64,000 bases of DNA from Candidatus Latescibacterota bacterium (GTDB lineage Bacteria > Latescibacterota > UBA2968 > GCA-2709665): the NCBI GenBank assembly GCA_965219455.1, contig OZ244744.1:4896001-4960000 (forward strand), read 5' to 3'. The notes beneath the pieces were generated by a model. It made no database searches. It saw only the letters and a list, made by a program, of their open reading frames with translations, and was not told the origin of the DNA. Positions 1-9,697 of the stretch are shown here, one piece after another (the stretch's first letter is position 1; the number at the start of each line of letters is the position of its first letter). The translations under genes and the position numbers were made by a program.

Positions 1-1
1 T

Positions 2-274
2 GAAGATCGGATTACCCGCGGGATTCAGGATTTCAAGATGCATTCGGAGCAGTATTATATGCACGTGGATCCATCCAACCGGGTGTTGGCGACGACCACG
101 TTCCAGACCGCGGTTGCGCCCTGGGTGAACGGGTGCGTGATGCCGGTCGTCTGGAAGCGGATGTGGGGTGGGGGACGGGTGTTCTACTCGTCGTTGGGGC
201 ATGTAGCCCGGGATTTCGACGTGCCGGAAGCACGCGAGATTCAGCGGCGGGGGATGGTATGGGCGAGCCGGTAA
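2..274 (+). CDS. ThuA-like (class I glutamine amidotransferase-like) domain protein, 5' partial
   Basis: Frame is open from the window edge; [10 protein letters not shown] and [21 protein letters not shown] are typical ThuA C-terminal motifs. Confidence 0.8.
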   Translation, partial: EDRITRGIQDFKMHSEQYYMHVDPSNRVLATTTFQTAVAPWVNGCVMPVVWKRMWGGGRVFYSSLGHVARDFDVPEAREIQRRGMVWASR

Positions 275-309
275 CCGGGACGGAATTTCCGCGAAGTTGT
301 GCGAGAGGC

Positions 310-338
310 TTGACAAGGGCGCGCAGGTATTGTATTTT
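310..338 (+). promoter_or_regulatory. sigma70-type promoter of tRNA-Cys
   Basis: TTGACA (310-315), 17 bp, TATTTT (333-338), 15 bp before the tRNA. Confidence 0.7.
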
Positions 339-353
339 CAGATCATAGAGCGA

Positions 354-428
354 GGCGGCGTGGCCAAGCGGTAAGGCAAGGGCCTGCAAAGCCCCGATTC
401 GGCGGTTCGAATCCGCCCGCCGCCTCCA
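354..428 (+). tRNA. tRNA-Cys (GCA)
   Basis: Acceptor GGCGGCG/CGCCGCC, anticodon arm GGGC-CTGCAAA-GCCC, GGTTCGAATCC T-arm, encoded CCA. Confidence 0.97.
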
Positions 429-506
429 TTTGAAGGGTGGTTACACGACTGTCTTCTAGAGATTAGTCGTTGTTTTTTTGGAAGTAGGATGAACGGATAA
501 TCCCGC

Positions 507-535
507 TTGACAATATACGGACCGTTAGCTATTTT
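507..535 (+). promoter_or_regulatory. sigma70-type promoter of tRNA-Leu
   Basis: TTGACA (507-512), 17 bp, TATTTT (530-535); same hexamers as the tRNA-Cys promoter. Confidence 0.7.
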
Positions 536-545
536 CGTACCCGGT

Positions 546-631
546 GCCGGAGTGATGGAATTGGTAGACATAGGGGACTTAAAATCCCCCGGGCCGATAA
601 GCCCGTGCCGGTTCGAGTCCGGCCTCCGGCA
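546..631 (+). tRNA. tRNA-Leu (TAA)
   Basis: Acceptor GCCGGAG/CTCCGGC, anticodon arm GGGGA-CTTAAAA-TCCCC, long variable arm, GGTTCGAGTCC; CCA not encoded. Confidence 0.96.
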
Positions 632-664
632 CTCTCACGATACCGAATCCAAGAGGGCTGTCCT

Positions 665-1069
665 ATGAAAATGGGAGATAAACAACTGATTATTGTGGGG
701 GATAGGGTCCTGGTCAAACAGGAGGAACTCCAGGAGCGTACCGATGTGGGCCTGTATCTGCCGCAGACGGTTGTTGAAAAGGAGGAGGTTCAGGGCGGGC
801 GTATTATACTGACGGGTCCGGGGATGCCGCTGCCGCAGCCCCACGACGTCGACGACGTGCCCTGGCAGAGCGTACCCGACCAACCCAAGTACCTTCCGAT
901 GCAGGCCCAGGTTGGCGACTACGCCTTATTCCTGAAAAAGATGGCGATGGAGATCAAATTCGAGGGTGAGAAGTACCTGATTATTCCGCACAACTCCATA
1001 CTGGCGCTGGTTCGGGAAGACGGGGACGGCCTGGAGGGGTTAGAGGACATGGATGATTTCGAAACCTGA
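665..1069 (+). CDS. groES: Stand-alone GroES/Cpn10-family co-chaperone
   Basis: VGDRVLVK...GLYLP...VGDYALF...EIKFEGEKYLII; start moved to ATG 665 because the longer ORF overlaps the tRNA; no adjacent groEL. Confidence 0.85.
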   Translation: MKMGDKQLIIVGDRVLVKQEELQERTDVGLYLPQTVVEKEEVQGGRIILTGPGMPLPQPHDVDDVPWQSVPDQPKYLPMQAQVGDYALFLKKMAMEIKFEGEKYLIIPHNSILALVREDGDGLEGLEDMDDFET

Positions 1070-1102
1070 CGAGCCCGTCCGAAGATCCGCGCATGCGCCT
1101 TC

Positions 1103-1138
1103 GCGCCGGTTCGATACCCGAACCGGCGCTTCTTTTCT
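1103..1138 (+). terminator. Intrinsic terminator after groES
   Basis: Stem GCGCCGGTTCG/CGAACCGGCGC followed by TTCTTTTCT. Confidence 0.75.
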
Positions 1139-1847
1139 ATGTGGGTGCCTGGTCGGATCCTCCGGCAACCGTAGGCAGGTTTGAAAGCGGACTTGCCGGC
1201 TTATCTGAGGGCGTGGATTTCAGCGCATCCGGAATGACAACTCCGGCCGAGACGATCATCTGCAACGCTTCTTCAACCGTGAGAGAAACGTTCCGCACCT
1301 TTTCCGGCGGAAATACGACCGTCCAGCCGGTGGCGGGATTCGGTGAGGTCGGAATAAACACGCAACAACCAATCTGGCCTTCCTCGCCCATCGGAATGTC
1401 TCCGGTCGCGAAACCCAGAATCCACAGCCCGTCGGTAGGATATTCGGCGAGTACAACCCGGTTGAAGCCCCTTTCTTCGCCCGGTGAAACGACCGATTCC
1501 ATGAACTGTTTTATCGGGCCGTAAATGCTGCCGATCACCGGAAGACGTTTCACCAGGTCGTCTCCCTTGCCGATAAGGCGTTTGCCAAATACGTTGCCGG
1601 CCAGTAAGCCAGCCAGCCAGATCAGGATAAGCGTCAGGATCAGGCCCAGCCCGAAAACATCGTCTTTTGTCTGGAAAATGCGTTTCACCAACGGCTGAGC
1701 CAGCCCGTCGAGCCACTGAAAGACGATCTGCAGAACGATAAAGGTAACCGCTACCGGAACCAGGATCGCAATCCCGGCAAACAAGGTGCCGCGAAAACTC
1801 ATCCGCGCGCGTTTGCCCAAACTCGAAAAATGATCTTGCTGGCCCAT
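1137..1847 (-). CDS. DUF502-family membrane protein
   Basis: Two N-terminal TM segments, RLPVIGSIY, VLAEYP, VFIPTSPNPATG, VEEALQMIVSAG. Confidence 0.88.
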   Translation of the reverse strand: MGQQDHFSSLGKRARMSFRGTLFAGIAILVPVAVTFIVLQIVFQWLDGLAQPLVKRIFQTKDDVFGLGLILTLILIWLAGLLAGNVFGKRLIGKGDDLVKRLPVIGSIYGPIKQFMESVVSPGEERGFNRVVLAEYPTDGLWILGFATGDIPMGEEGQIGCCVFIPTSPNPATGWTVVFPPEKVRNVSLTVEEALQMIVSAGVVIPDALKSTPSDKPASPLSNLPTVAGGSDQAPT

Positions 1848-1933
1848 CGATCCTCTGCTCCGGAGGCGCTGCAGCGTTCGACTGGATGTTTCCCGTTCCG
1901 AATTATACGGTCTTCTCGAATGAAAAGCAAGGT

Positions 1934-2971
1934 TCAGGGCGTCGAATCCACCTGTTTGAAAGTCCGGGCCATGAGGTCGATCTGCCGAAGATAGGGTTCT
2001 TTGCGCTTATTTGGCGAATAAACCCCGCAGTCGATGTAGAAAAACCGATTGGTTTCGACATCCACGAACGCGTAACTCTTGAATGGGCCCCCGGCCCATT
2101 TTTTTTTGTTTTCCCAAAGGCCCTGCAATACAAAAGCCAGGTTCCCCGCGAACTCGGCCTGGCCAATTTCCAGGTGATCCTGTACAATGCGGTCGCGATC
2201 GAAAAACCTCTGCGTGATCGTGTCGCGTTTTCGGATGCACCATTCCTCTGAGAGTTCGTCGGGGGACGTACCGTCCTCCCAGTAGACAAACAACCACCGG
2301 TTGGGTTCCTCCTTGGTCAACACCACAAATCCGCTGTCGGGATAGGCCTCCAGGATCCGGTATCCGAAGGCGACACGCACCTGCCAACCGAATTCGCGCC
2401 CAAGGCGGTCCGTAACGTCCGTCCGTTCGCCATATCGGTAGATCAAACTGCGAATCCCCTTGTTGCGTGCGTCTTCGATCCGTTCGTAAAGCCGGTCCGC
2501 TTCCATCCGGAGGTTTTCCACGAGGCCGGCGCTATCGTTGCCCGACACCGCCATAAGAAGTTGTTCTTTCGCCCAGACGTCCTCTTTCCAGAATACGGCG
2601 GACCGCTTCCGCCGCACGGCGTTTTGCGCGTTGGGACTCAGGATGTTCCTCAGGAAGTCCGCGGCGGGATGTGGGGCGTCCAGTTCGGCGACAACCAGGA
2701 TGTTTTTGCGCCTCTTGTTCTCGTACCTTTCGAAATCGGCCACATTGCCGAACTGCAACCGGAAGATTTTCTCTTCCTGGGGCGTATAGAGAATTCTCTC
2801 AAATACCTCTTTCAAGTGCGGTTCCAGGTACTCCCGGTCGGCCGGGTCAATCAGGACCAGAATCTCCTGTGCCGGTCCGACAGATTCGGGCAGCCGGGGT
2901 CCGCATCCGGCCAACGTGACCAAACCGAGTGCGGCCACGAATATCCAGTGATGTTTTCGGATTTTCGCCAT
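1934..2971 (-). CDS. DUF4837-like lipoprotein
   Basis: Lipobox LAGC; YTPQEE, DVWAKEQL, QGLWE...GGPFKSY, VYSPNKRK. Confidence 0.75.
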   Translation of the reverse strand: MAKIRKHHWIFVAALGLVTLAGCGPRLPESVGPAQEILVLIDPADREYLEPHLKEVFERILYTPQEEKIFRLQFGNVADFERYENKRRKNILVVAELDAPHPAADFLRNILSPNAQNAVRRKRSAVFWKEDVWAKEQLLMAVSGNDSAGLVENLRMEADRLYERIEDARNKGIRSLIYRYGERTDVTDRLGREFGWQVRVAFGYRILEAYPDSGFVVLTKEEPNRWLFVYWEDGTSPDELSEEWCIRKRDTITQRFFDRDRIVQDHLEIGQAEFAGNLAFVLQGLWENKKKWAGGPFKSYAFVDVETNRFFYIDCGVYSPNKRKEPYLRQIDLMARTFKQVDSTP

Positions 2972-3440
2972 GGTGTCTTGATCGTCGGTCTCGAGGGAAG
3001 TGAAATTGCCGGCGGGCGGACATGCGTCGCTGCCGGCAATTGGTTTCTGACGTTACGCGTCAGAATATGACGTGCCCGCCGATCGCAAGAAACAACGATG
3101 GCGCGCGCCGCGCACGTCCGTCGTTGGCGGATCCGTAAACCACGAAAACCAGGAAAGCGTGAGGATGAGTTCCACCGGAACGCTCAACCCAGGGCCGGCG
3201 TGCCCATCTTAACCGCAGCCAGCGCCGCGGCGGGAAGCGCCTTCGAAATAAAATAAACGCGACGAGTCGGTGGGGAAAATAACGAATAAATCGAACATCA
3301 GAAAGGAAAAAAGCGGCGCTCGGTTTCAATGGCCGTAGACCATCGGGGAACATGTGAAACGGGGTCGGCGTTAGCCCGACTCGAGATCTCGAAAACCTGG
3401 TGGGTTGGCCGGCGTGCGCCCGGGGCCACGCCTGAAGGTG

Positions 3441-5303
3441 TTATTTGGCCGTACCCAGTTCCAATTGCATGGACCAGGTGTTCGACAGACCGCTCTGGGT
3501 GGTTTTTACCGCGTATCGCGCGGAAACGCGGAGGCGCCGCCCGGCGCAGGTGAGCCGGAAGCCGGCCGTACGGCCTCTGCCGGACAGGAGTTGCAGGCGG
3601 CTGCCTCCCCATACATCGGGCTCGAACGTATAGATGCGGGAATCGAAGTGCATAACGTTGAATAGAGCCAGCCAGGCGTCGGCCCGAAGGCGCGTCTTTC
3701 GCTGGAGGCGAAGGTCGATACCTGCGGCGCTGCCGCCACTCTTGCGGACCGGGGAGCGGGCGCCGGTGCTTTCCAGCCAGAGGTTGAGCCGCGCGGCGGA
3801 CCGCGGAATCGTGATACGGAGTCGGGCGCGTCTCTGGCGTCTAACGCCCGAGGATCCCGAAATCGTAGCCGTCTGCCGCCGCGTGCCCAGCACGAGCCGT
3901 ATGGTGGCGTATTTAAGGCGTTGTCTCAATTTGAGGGAGAATCGTTCTCCCCGCGCGGGTAGTATTAGATTGCCCGCAGGCGCGAGGCGGCCGTGACGGT
4001 CCAGGGTGGCCTGAACCCGGGTTCGCCGGCCGGGCCGCCAGGAGGCGCCTGTGAAAAGACCCCACTCGTTTCCGCCGCTGTACGCGGAGAAGGGGCCGCC
4101 GTGCAGGCTCGAAAATCCGGCCTGGTACCGGCGGGTAAGCATCACAAGGGTGAGGCGACCGAACCCGTGCCGCGCGCCGGCCAGCCAGGCGGTGGCGTTT
4201 CTGCCGGAAGCCGCGAATTCGCCGAAGACGTTCAGACGGCTCGAACGCAGGTCCCAATCCATACCGGCTGAATGCTGGCGCCGAACGTGCCCATGCGGAG
4301 GCGAGAATGTGGTTCGGACGAGGGTGGCTGCGACCCGGCCGACCGGCAGGTCGACGTGCGGTCGAAGCGCGGCCAGATTTTCCAGCAACTTGCCTCTGCG
4401 TTCCCGCTGGGTCCGGGTGACATGCAGGTCGGCGGTACGGATTGCGGCAACCCCCGCGCTGTCTATGGCGGCATCCCAGTGGTTTCGGGCAAACATGGCC
4501 GTCCACGTGATCCGGCCGGACCGGCCTTCCGCAAAGACGCCGCGGAGGGCACCGTCTTCAATCGCGGAGCGATTGCCCACGCGGCGGGCGTTGGCCGGTC
4601 TGGCCCACTCGAGCCCGGTCGAGGATCGGTTGTGCCTGCTGAAAAGGAGTCCCTGTCCGTATCCCGGGCGGAAGTCGCCCACGAGCAGACGCTGTAAGCC
4701 GGGAACGGCGGAGACCCTCAGGTATCCGCTGAGAAAGTCCGCGAGTCGTCCTTCCAGGGGGTCGCGTTCCGTGAGGAAAACGCCTTCCGCGTGCCGTGTG
4801 GCGATCTCGGACCGCTGGTAGAGCCTCAGGGTTGGCCAGGCGGTTGGATGGTTCGACGGACGCGTGATCCGGAGACGCGTCCGGACACGCGGACCTCGTC
4901 GGGAAGATACCGAAAGATATGGGCGAATTGCGGCGAGGACATCCGATGTGACGCCGGGCACCCTTCGAAGGTCGTTAAGGTTCCGGAACGGGCCGAATCG
5001 CCTTCGGTAGGTGATGACCCCGCGCGCGACTTCCGGAGATAGCCATGGCAGGGTCTGAAGGTCCTGCATACTTGCCTTGTTGACGTCGATGACCTGCCCT
5101 TCCAGATCCCGCAGCACCGCGAGGTACGATTCTGCGGTTTCAGGGTTTATCGATTCCTGCGCACGGGGGGTGGCAACGTGCAACGTGAACGGAAGCAGCA
5201 CGATGAACGCGATTTTCGGTCTGTGCCGGGCGGATTGAAAGAAATCGCATATCACGGACTGTTTCCCCCGACATGGATATTGCACATAAAATATTGGTAA
5301 CAA
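3441..5303 (-). CDS. ComEA-like helix-hairpin-helix domain protein with large beta-rich C-terminus
   Basis: IDVNKASMQDLQTLPWL...YRRRFGPFRNLNDLRRVPGV HhH motif; GDFRPGYGQGL; start uncertain. Confidence 0.75.
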   Translation of the reverse strand: MLPIFYVQYPCRGKQSVICDFFQSARHRPKIAFIVLLPFTLHVATPRAQESINPETAESYLAVLRDLEGQVIDVNKASMQDLQTLPWLSPEVARGVITYRRRFGPFRNLNDLRRVPGVTSDVLAAIRPYLSVSSRRGPRVRTRLRITRPSNHPTAWPTLRLYQRSEIATRHAEGVFLTERDPLEGRLADFLSGYLRVSAVPGLQRLLVGDFRPGYGQGLLFSRHNRSSTGLEWARPANARRVGNRSAIEDGALRGVFAEGRSGRITWTAMFARNHWDAAIDSAGVAAIRTADLHVTRTQRERRGKLLENLAALRPHVDLPVGRVAATLVRTTFSPPHGHVRRQHSAGMDWDLRSSRLNVFGEFAASGRNATAWLAGARHGFGRLTLVMLTRRYQAGFSSLHGGPFSAYSGGNEWGLFTGASWRPGRRTRVQATLDRHGRLAPAGNLILPARGERFSLKLRQRLKYATIRLVLGTRRQTATISGSSGVRRQRRARLRITIPRSAARLNLWLESTGARSPVRKSGGSAAGIDLRLQRKTRLRADAWLALFNVMHFDSRIYTFEPDVWGGSRLQLLSGRGRTAGFRLTCAGRRLRVSARYAVKTTQSGLSNTWSMQLELGTAK

Positions 5304-5418
5304 GCGATTTATATGCCGTTGTCGATACGTCTAGCCGTCGCTTGCTGAAACCAATGCAATAGAAATGCCAGGGGGAAGCCGGGAATGGCGTGAGGAGGGA
5401 TTTTTCAGGTAGAGGCAA

Positions 5419-7341
5419 TCAGGGTTCCGACGTGGCTTCGTCCGTGGGGGCGTTTGAGAGGAGCTGGAGCTTTCCGTTGCGGATGGTCAGCATGTACATC
5501 CAGGCATTTTCACGATTGCCTTTGCTGAAGGATATTCTTCCGGTGGCGCCGGGTATTTCGCCCAGATTTTCAAGGGTGTTCTGAAGCCGTTGCCGAGACG
5601 TACCGCCCCTGTCGATAGCGGTCAAAACCGCTGACATGGCGTCGTATCCCAGCGCGGCCGCAATGCCCTGGTCTCGATTGAACCGTTCCCTGAAAGCGCC
5701 CAGGAACTCGTGAACGGAGACCATATTGCTACGTGTGGAGTACTTGGCGACAAAGACCGCGCCGTTCGTATAGGAATCTCTCGCGACCGCATGATGGTTC
5801 CAGCCGTCGCTGCCCAGCAACTGCGCGTGGATGAGGTGAAAGGCGATCTGAGGCGCGATCAGAAGCACATCGTCCTTTCCCCCCGCGATAAGCAGGCCGT
5901 CCAACGTACGCACCGGTTCCGGCTGCACCGTGTCGGGATCGACGATAACCGGGGGCGCTGGCGCCAGGCGAATGCTCCCCAGGAGCAGGGAGTCCATTTC
6001 GTCCGCCAGAATTGCGGGCGGGTGCAGCGCCAGACCGGCGTCCCGGACGCGTTTCAACTGACCCTTGTAGTCGGTTGTACCGGGTTCGTACCATGTCTGG
6101 ACAATGACCTCCGAACCCAGATCTTCCGCGCGGGCACTGAACTCATTGGCGATTCTTTCCCCGTAGGAATCCCGCGATGCCAGTGAAGCCAGCGTACGCA
6201 GGCCCAATTCCCGGACCGCGTAGTCGGCAATTCTGCGGCCCTGAGCGCCGGGCGTGGCGTTGACCTGAAAAACGAAGGGGCTGAGGGAGGCGAGTCCGTC
6301 TTCCGAGGCCGTGGGTGCAATCAGCGGGACCTTATGGGGGCCCGCCAGCGCGGCAATGGGAAGGGTTTCGGCGCTCGTCAGGGCGCCGACAATGGCAATC
6401 ACACCGTGTTCTTCGATGAGGCTCTGAGCGGCCTTGACCGCGCGTACCGGGCTGCCTCCCGAATCTTTGAAGACGAGAGCGACCTGCTTTCCGGATTTGA
6501 GTGGGCGGATTTCTCTGGCAAGCAGAACACCGTCAATCATGTCCTTCCCCAGAGGGCTTGCCAGTGGCGCGATCAGGCCAATCGTGTAGTGCGCATCGGC
6601 CTGGCGTTCTGTGGCGACCGCGCGAGGTGTCGGCTGCGCTTCCGCCGCGGTCGGCGGAGCGGGCCGCGGTTTCGGGGGTTTAATGCGCGCCAGCGCCGCG
6701 AAAATACCGTTGGGATACCGATCCAGAAAAACGGTCATTTCCCTTCCGGAGGGTTCGGCCCCGGCAAGTCTCAACGGCCAGCGAGCCCGGCCGAAGGCGA
6801 CGGCCTCATCGATAATGGCACTTCCGAAGTCGTTTTGAAGACGGGCGACGTCGCCATCCGTGATTCTTCCTGCTCCTGCAAGTTGGCCCAACCGATCCGC
6901 GGCTCTGGCCTTCAAACGGAGGTCGCCCCGTCCCGTCACCACGTGAGCGTACTGGGTTGCAGCGCTGTAGACCTGGCCCCGATGAAATCTGCAGTCGCCG
7001 ATGATCAGGTCGGCTTCAGGGAGATAACGGCTATGGGGGAAGGCGTCGTAGAGTCCGGCTGCAGCGGCGGGAGCCAAGCCGTACTCTTTGAGTTTGTACA
7101 GCGATTTGGCCAGCATCAGCCTGGCGGCCGACGTGCGCTCGTGGGCCGGGTCGGCCTCTACCAACGCCTGGAAGGCCCGTTTCGCCTCGCGATAGCGGCC
7201 GTTAGCGTAGTCGCCAAGCGCCTTTTTGAATTGGGTTTCGACTTCTCTGCGGCCTGGCTGCGGTATCGAAGGTTGTGCAGCTGCAAGATGGGCAACGAAG
7301 ACAAGCCAGATCAGACAGCACGCTGAAGAGATTCGGTTCAC
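5419..7341 (-). CDS. TPR plus periplasmic-binding-protein (LpoA/LivJ-like) domain protein
   Basis: Signal peptide after GTG 7341, TPR helices, IAIVGALTS, IAPTAS, LGSDGW, ALGYDA, GATGRISF; upstream ORF extension runs through repeats and is probably spurious. Confidence 0.75.
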   Translation of the reverse strand: MNRISSACCLIWLVFVAHLAAAQPSIPQPGRREVETQFKKALGDYANGRYREAKRAFQALVEADPAHERTSAARLMLAKSLYKLKEYGLAPAAAAGLYDAFPHSRYLPEADLIIGDCRFHRGQVYSAATQYAHVVTGRGDLRLKARAADRLGQLAGAGRITDGDVARLQNDFGSAIIDEAVAFGRARWPLRLAGAEPSGREMTVFLDRYPNGIFAALARIKPPKPRPAPPTAAEAQPTPRAVATERQADAHYTIGLIAPLASPLGKDMIDGVLLAREIRPLKSGKQVALVFKDSGGSPVRAVKAAQSLIEEHGVIAIVGALTSAETLPIAALAGPHKVPLIAPTASEDGLASLSPFVFQVNATPGAQGRRIADYAVRELGLRTLASLASRDSYGERIANEFSARAEDLGSEVIVQTWYEPGTTDYKGQLKRVRDAGLALHPPAILADEMDSLLLGSIRLAPAPPVIVDPDTVQPEPVRTLDGLLIAGGKDDVLLIAPQIAFHLIHAQLLGSDGWNHHAVARDSYTNGAVFVAKYSTRSNMVSVHEFLGAFRERFNRDQGIAAALGYDAMSAVLTAIDRGGTSRQRLQNTLENLGEIPGATGRISFSKGNRENAWMYMLTIRNGKLQLLSNAPTDEATSEP

Positions 7342-7633
7342 ACCTGTTTCCCCGCGGAAGAGGCACCCCGGAATACCTGGTTTGTCAACCCCGCCGGATA
7401 CGCTGGCGACCGGATTCGAGACCCGGCGGGAGGCTGAGGGCGCAAGGCGTCGTGTTCGCAGGATACCGCGACAATAAGACTCAAATATACGGACAATCCG
7501 CCGGACGGTCGAGAATTTTGTATCCGGACCGGAACAGGTTCCGTAGATTGTTATTGACAAAACCCATGCGAGTATATAGAGTACGAACGAGGCGGCACAC
7601 GGGCAGTTGGAGCCCGGACCAAAGCGCTGAACC

Positions 7634-7736
7634 AATCCTGCGATCCTGTAAATCCTTGAATCCTGATCCAGACGGTGTTTGCGAGTACAGTCACCACGCG
7701 AAAAAATCCTGTAAATCCTGATCCTGAAAGGATTAC
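7634..7736. repeat. Intergenic ATCCTG/AATCCT short-repeat cluster
   Basis: AATCCTGCGATCCTGTAAATCCTTGAATCCTGATCC and AATCCTGTAAATCCTGATCCTG. Confidence 0.7.
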
Positions 7737-7738
7737 CA

Positions 7739-8938
7739 ATGAAAACCGACCAATCGTCCTCCACAAGCGCGGCTGAGCCGGCGGAAACGTCCTACAGGGC
7801 GCCTGCCTTCGCCGACGCTATGCCGGAGTTGTCGGCGCCGGGGGCCACGCCCGAGCGACTGGCTCACCTGGAAGCGCACGGATTCGTCATCATCAACGAC
7901 TTTGTCGACAATCCCTGGATCCCGGTCCTTCGGGAAGCGGGCCGCCGGGTTACCGAGGCGTGCGCGCCATCCAACGGCTATGGCAAGATCGACTGCTCCC
8001 GTGGTTACGTCCACCGGACCGGTGCGGACGAGCCGTGGGCGATTCGCGGTCTGGTACATCCCGCTTTCGATGAGCCGTGTTTCGCGAAGTTTCACGGCGC
8101 TACCGATTTCCTGGACTTTGTCCAATCGTGGTGCGGTGGTCTCCAACCCGAGGATGTCACGTTCGGCGGTTTACTGTTGTGGTGCAACCCCCGCCAGGCG
8201 GAACACGCCCTCGGTTGGCACCGGGACGTCACGTGGTGGGGAACCGGCAAACCCTACTTCGCGCAACGCGAGATCCGGGGCGAGGGACCCGAAGCATACA
8301 CGGAGGAGGTCGAGCGGGAACGCTGGGCGGAGATTCGCGCGAATAACGCCAGGTCGATCGCGAAGAGGAACGGCGTGAGCATGTTCCTGGCGCTGGTCGA
8401 CGACGAGTGTCATGAACTCATACCCGGCAGCCACGATCGTTGGCGCACGCCCTACGAGCACGATGTCCTCCTCCCCAAAGGTATGAAGGAGAAGGGTGTT
8501 CCTTACACACCCAGTTGGAACGGCGTCGACCCGCTGCCGAACCAGGTCGCGGTCCGGCTCAGGGCGGGTGAAGCCCTCATCCGGATCGGCGCGAACATTC
8601 ACACGGGTCACACCGTTCCGGATAGAGAACGGAACACGCTATCCATCGGGTGGTCCAGGTGGTCCGAGCCGTTTACGGGTGAGCCCGCGGTGGCCGACGT
8701 GCGAAGCGCGTGGCAACTCGATCCCGATGTGCGGGAAGCCTTGCCCTACGATTGGATGAAAACGGCGTGGGACCGGTGGGCCGAAACGCAAAAACTCGGT
8801 GATACGCTCGAAGACCGGTACCCCGCCTATGACATCCGCCGGATCAAGGCCGGGGACGTGGTGGGCTGGCGCGGTGAGTTGGAACGCCAGGCAGCCGCGG
8901 CCGGTGAAGCCTGGAAGCCCTTCGAGCGGGCCGGGTGA
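7739..8938 (+). CDS. Phytanoyl-CoA dioxygenase (PhyH)-like Fe(II)/2OG enzyme
   Basis: HGFVII, WHRD (HxD), LIPGSH, distal His in IHTG. Confidence 0.75.
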   Translation: MKTDQSSSTSAAEPAETSYRAPAFADAMPELSAPGATPERLAHLEAHGFVIINDFVDNPWIPVLREAGRRVTEACAPSNGYGKIDCSRGYVHRTGADEPWAIRGLVHPAFDEPCFAKFHGATDFLDFVQSWCGGLQPEDVTFGGLLLWCNPRQAEHALGWHRDVTWWGTGKPYFAQREIRGEGPEAYTEEVERERWAEIRANNARSIAKRNGVSMFLALVDDECHELIPGSHDRWRTPYEHDVLLPKGMKEKGVPYTPSWNGVDPLPNQVAVRLRAGEALIRIGANIHTGHTVPDRERNTLSIGWSRWSEPFTGEPAVADVRSAWQLDPDVREALPYDWMKTAWDRWAETQKLGDTLEDRYPAYDIRRIKAGDVVGWRGELERQAAAAGEAWKPFERAG

Positions 8939-9176
8939 GGCCTCAGCCCCGTTTTCAAACCCCGTGCCGCTCTCCCCGGGTCCGGCGAATTGGCGGCCAT
9001 CGGGAGGATTGTGGATTCCACGCATTCGCGCCCCGATGTGGTCCGACGTATCCGGGCAGGCCGCGGGTATGGGGCTCGCCGGCGGCCGATTCCACACTGG
9101 ACGACGCTTTTTTTGAACAACTGCGCTTGACAAGCGTATATAAAGTAACGTCAATCCTGAAAGACCAACCTTTTGC

Positions 9177-9539
9177 GTGAGGCATGTCGTGATTCGCGCC
9201 CTCTCCATCTCATGTCTGGCCATCGGCTTCGTTCTCTCGGCCATCCAATGCCTGTGCGGGATGTCGGTGCAGGCTGAGGTCTGCCACGTTCAGGCAGCCG
9301 CTGCTGACTGCTGCTGCACCGGGACGGACGGCAGGGTAACCGACGCGCCACCCGACCTGCCTCCCGCCCTGGCGGCCGCGAGTCCCCGGTTTTCGGGTCC
9401 CGATTCCCATACCGCACCGCAAGGGGCCCCATCCCTGGTGGTCCTCTCTTTGCGTTTCCGTCAGGGGGATGCGTCTCATTCCGATTCGACCCATACATTA
9501 CCCCCGCTGTACCTGATGAAGTCTGCTTTTTTGATCTGA
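9177..9539 (+). CDS. Small Cys/His-containing protein upstream of the metal efflux operon
   Basis: Hydrophobic N-terminus, CxC, CH and CCC, C-terminal PPLYLMKSAFLI; position typical of small ORFs preceding cus/czc operons. Confidence 0.6.
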   Translation: MRHVVIRALSISCLAIGFVLSAIQCLCGMSVQAEVCHVQAAAADCCCTGTDGRVTDAPPDLPPALAAASPRFSGPDSHTAPQGAPSLVVLSLRFRQGDASHSDSTHTLPPLYLMKSAFLI

Positions 9540-9697
9540 TTTCCCCCCTCGTCCGCGTCTTCCGCGGCATGTTCGATTTTACCCGTCTTCGTTCTCTGTT
9601 CGGACCGCAATCGCTCGAGGCGAACTCTTGGCTTTGCCATGAGTGTGTGTTTGCGTGATTTTCGTGACCAAATTTCCAGCCAGGGAGGTGACCTGTC

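Noticed and set aside
354-631. tRNAs as integration sites
   Set aside because: No integrase nearby, no duplicated tRNA 3' end noticed, and the flanks are housekeeping genes
7342-7764. N-terminal 141-aa extension of the TPR/PBP ORF
   Set aside because: Runs through intergenic repeats and overlaps the divergent gene; a signal peptide begins at GTG 7341
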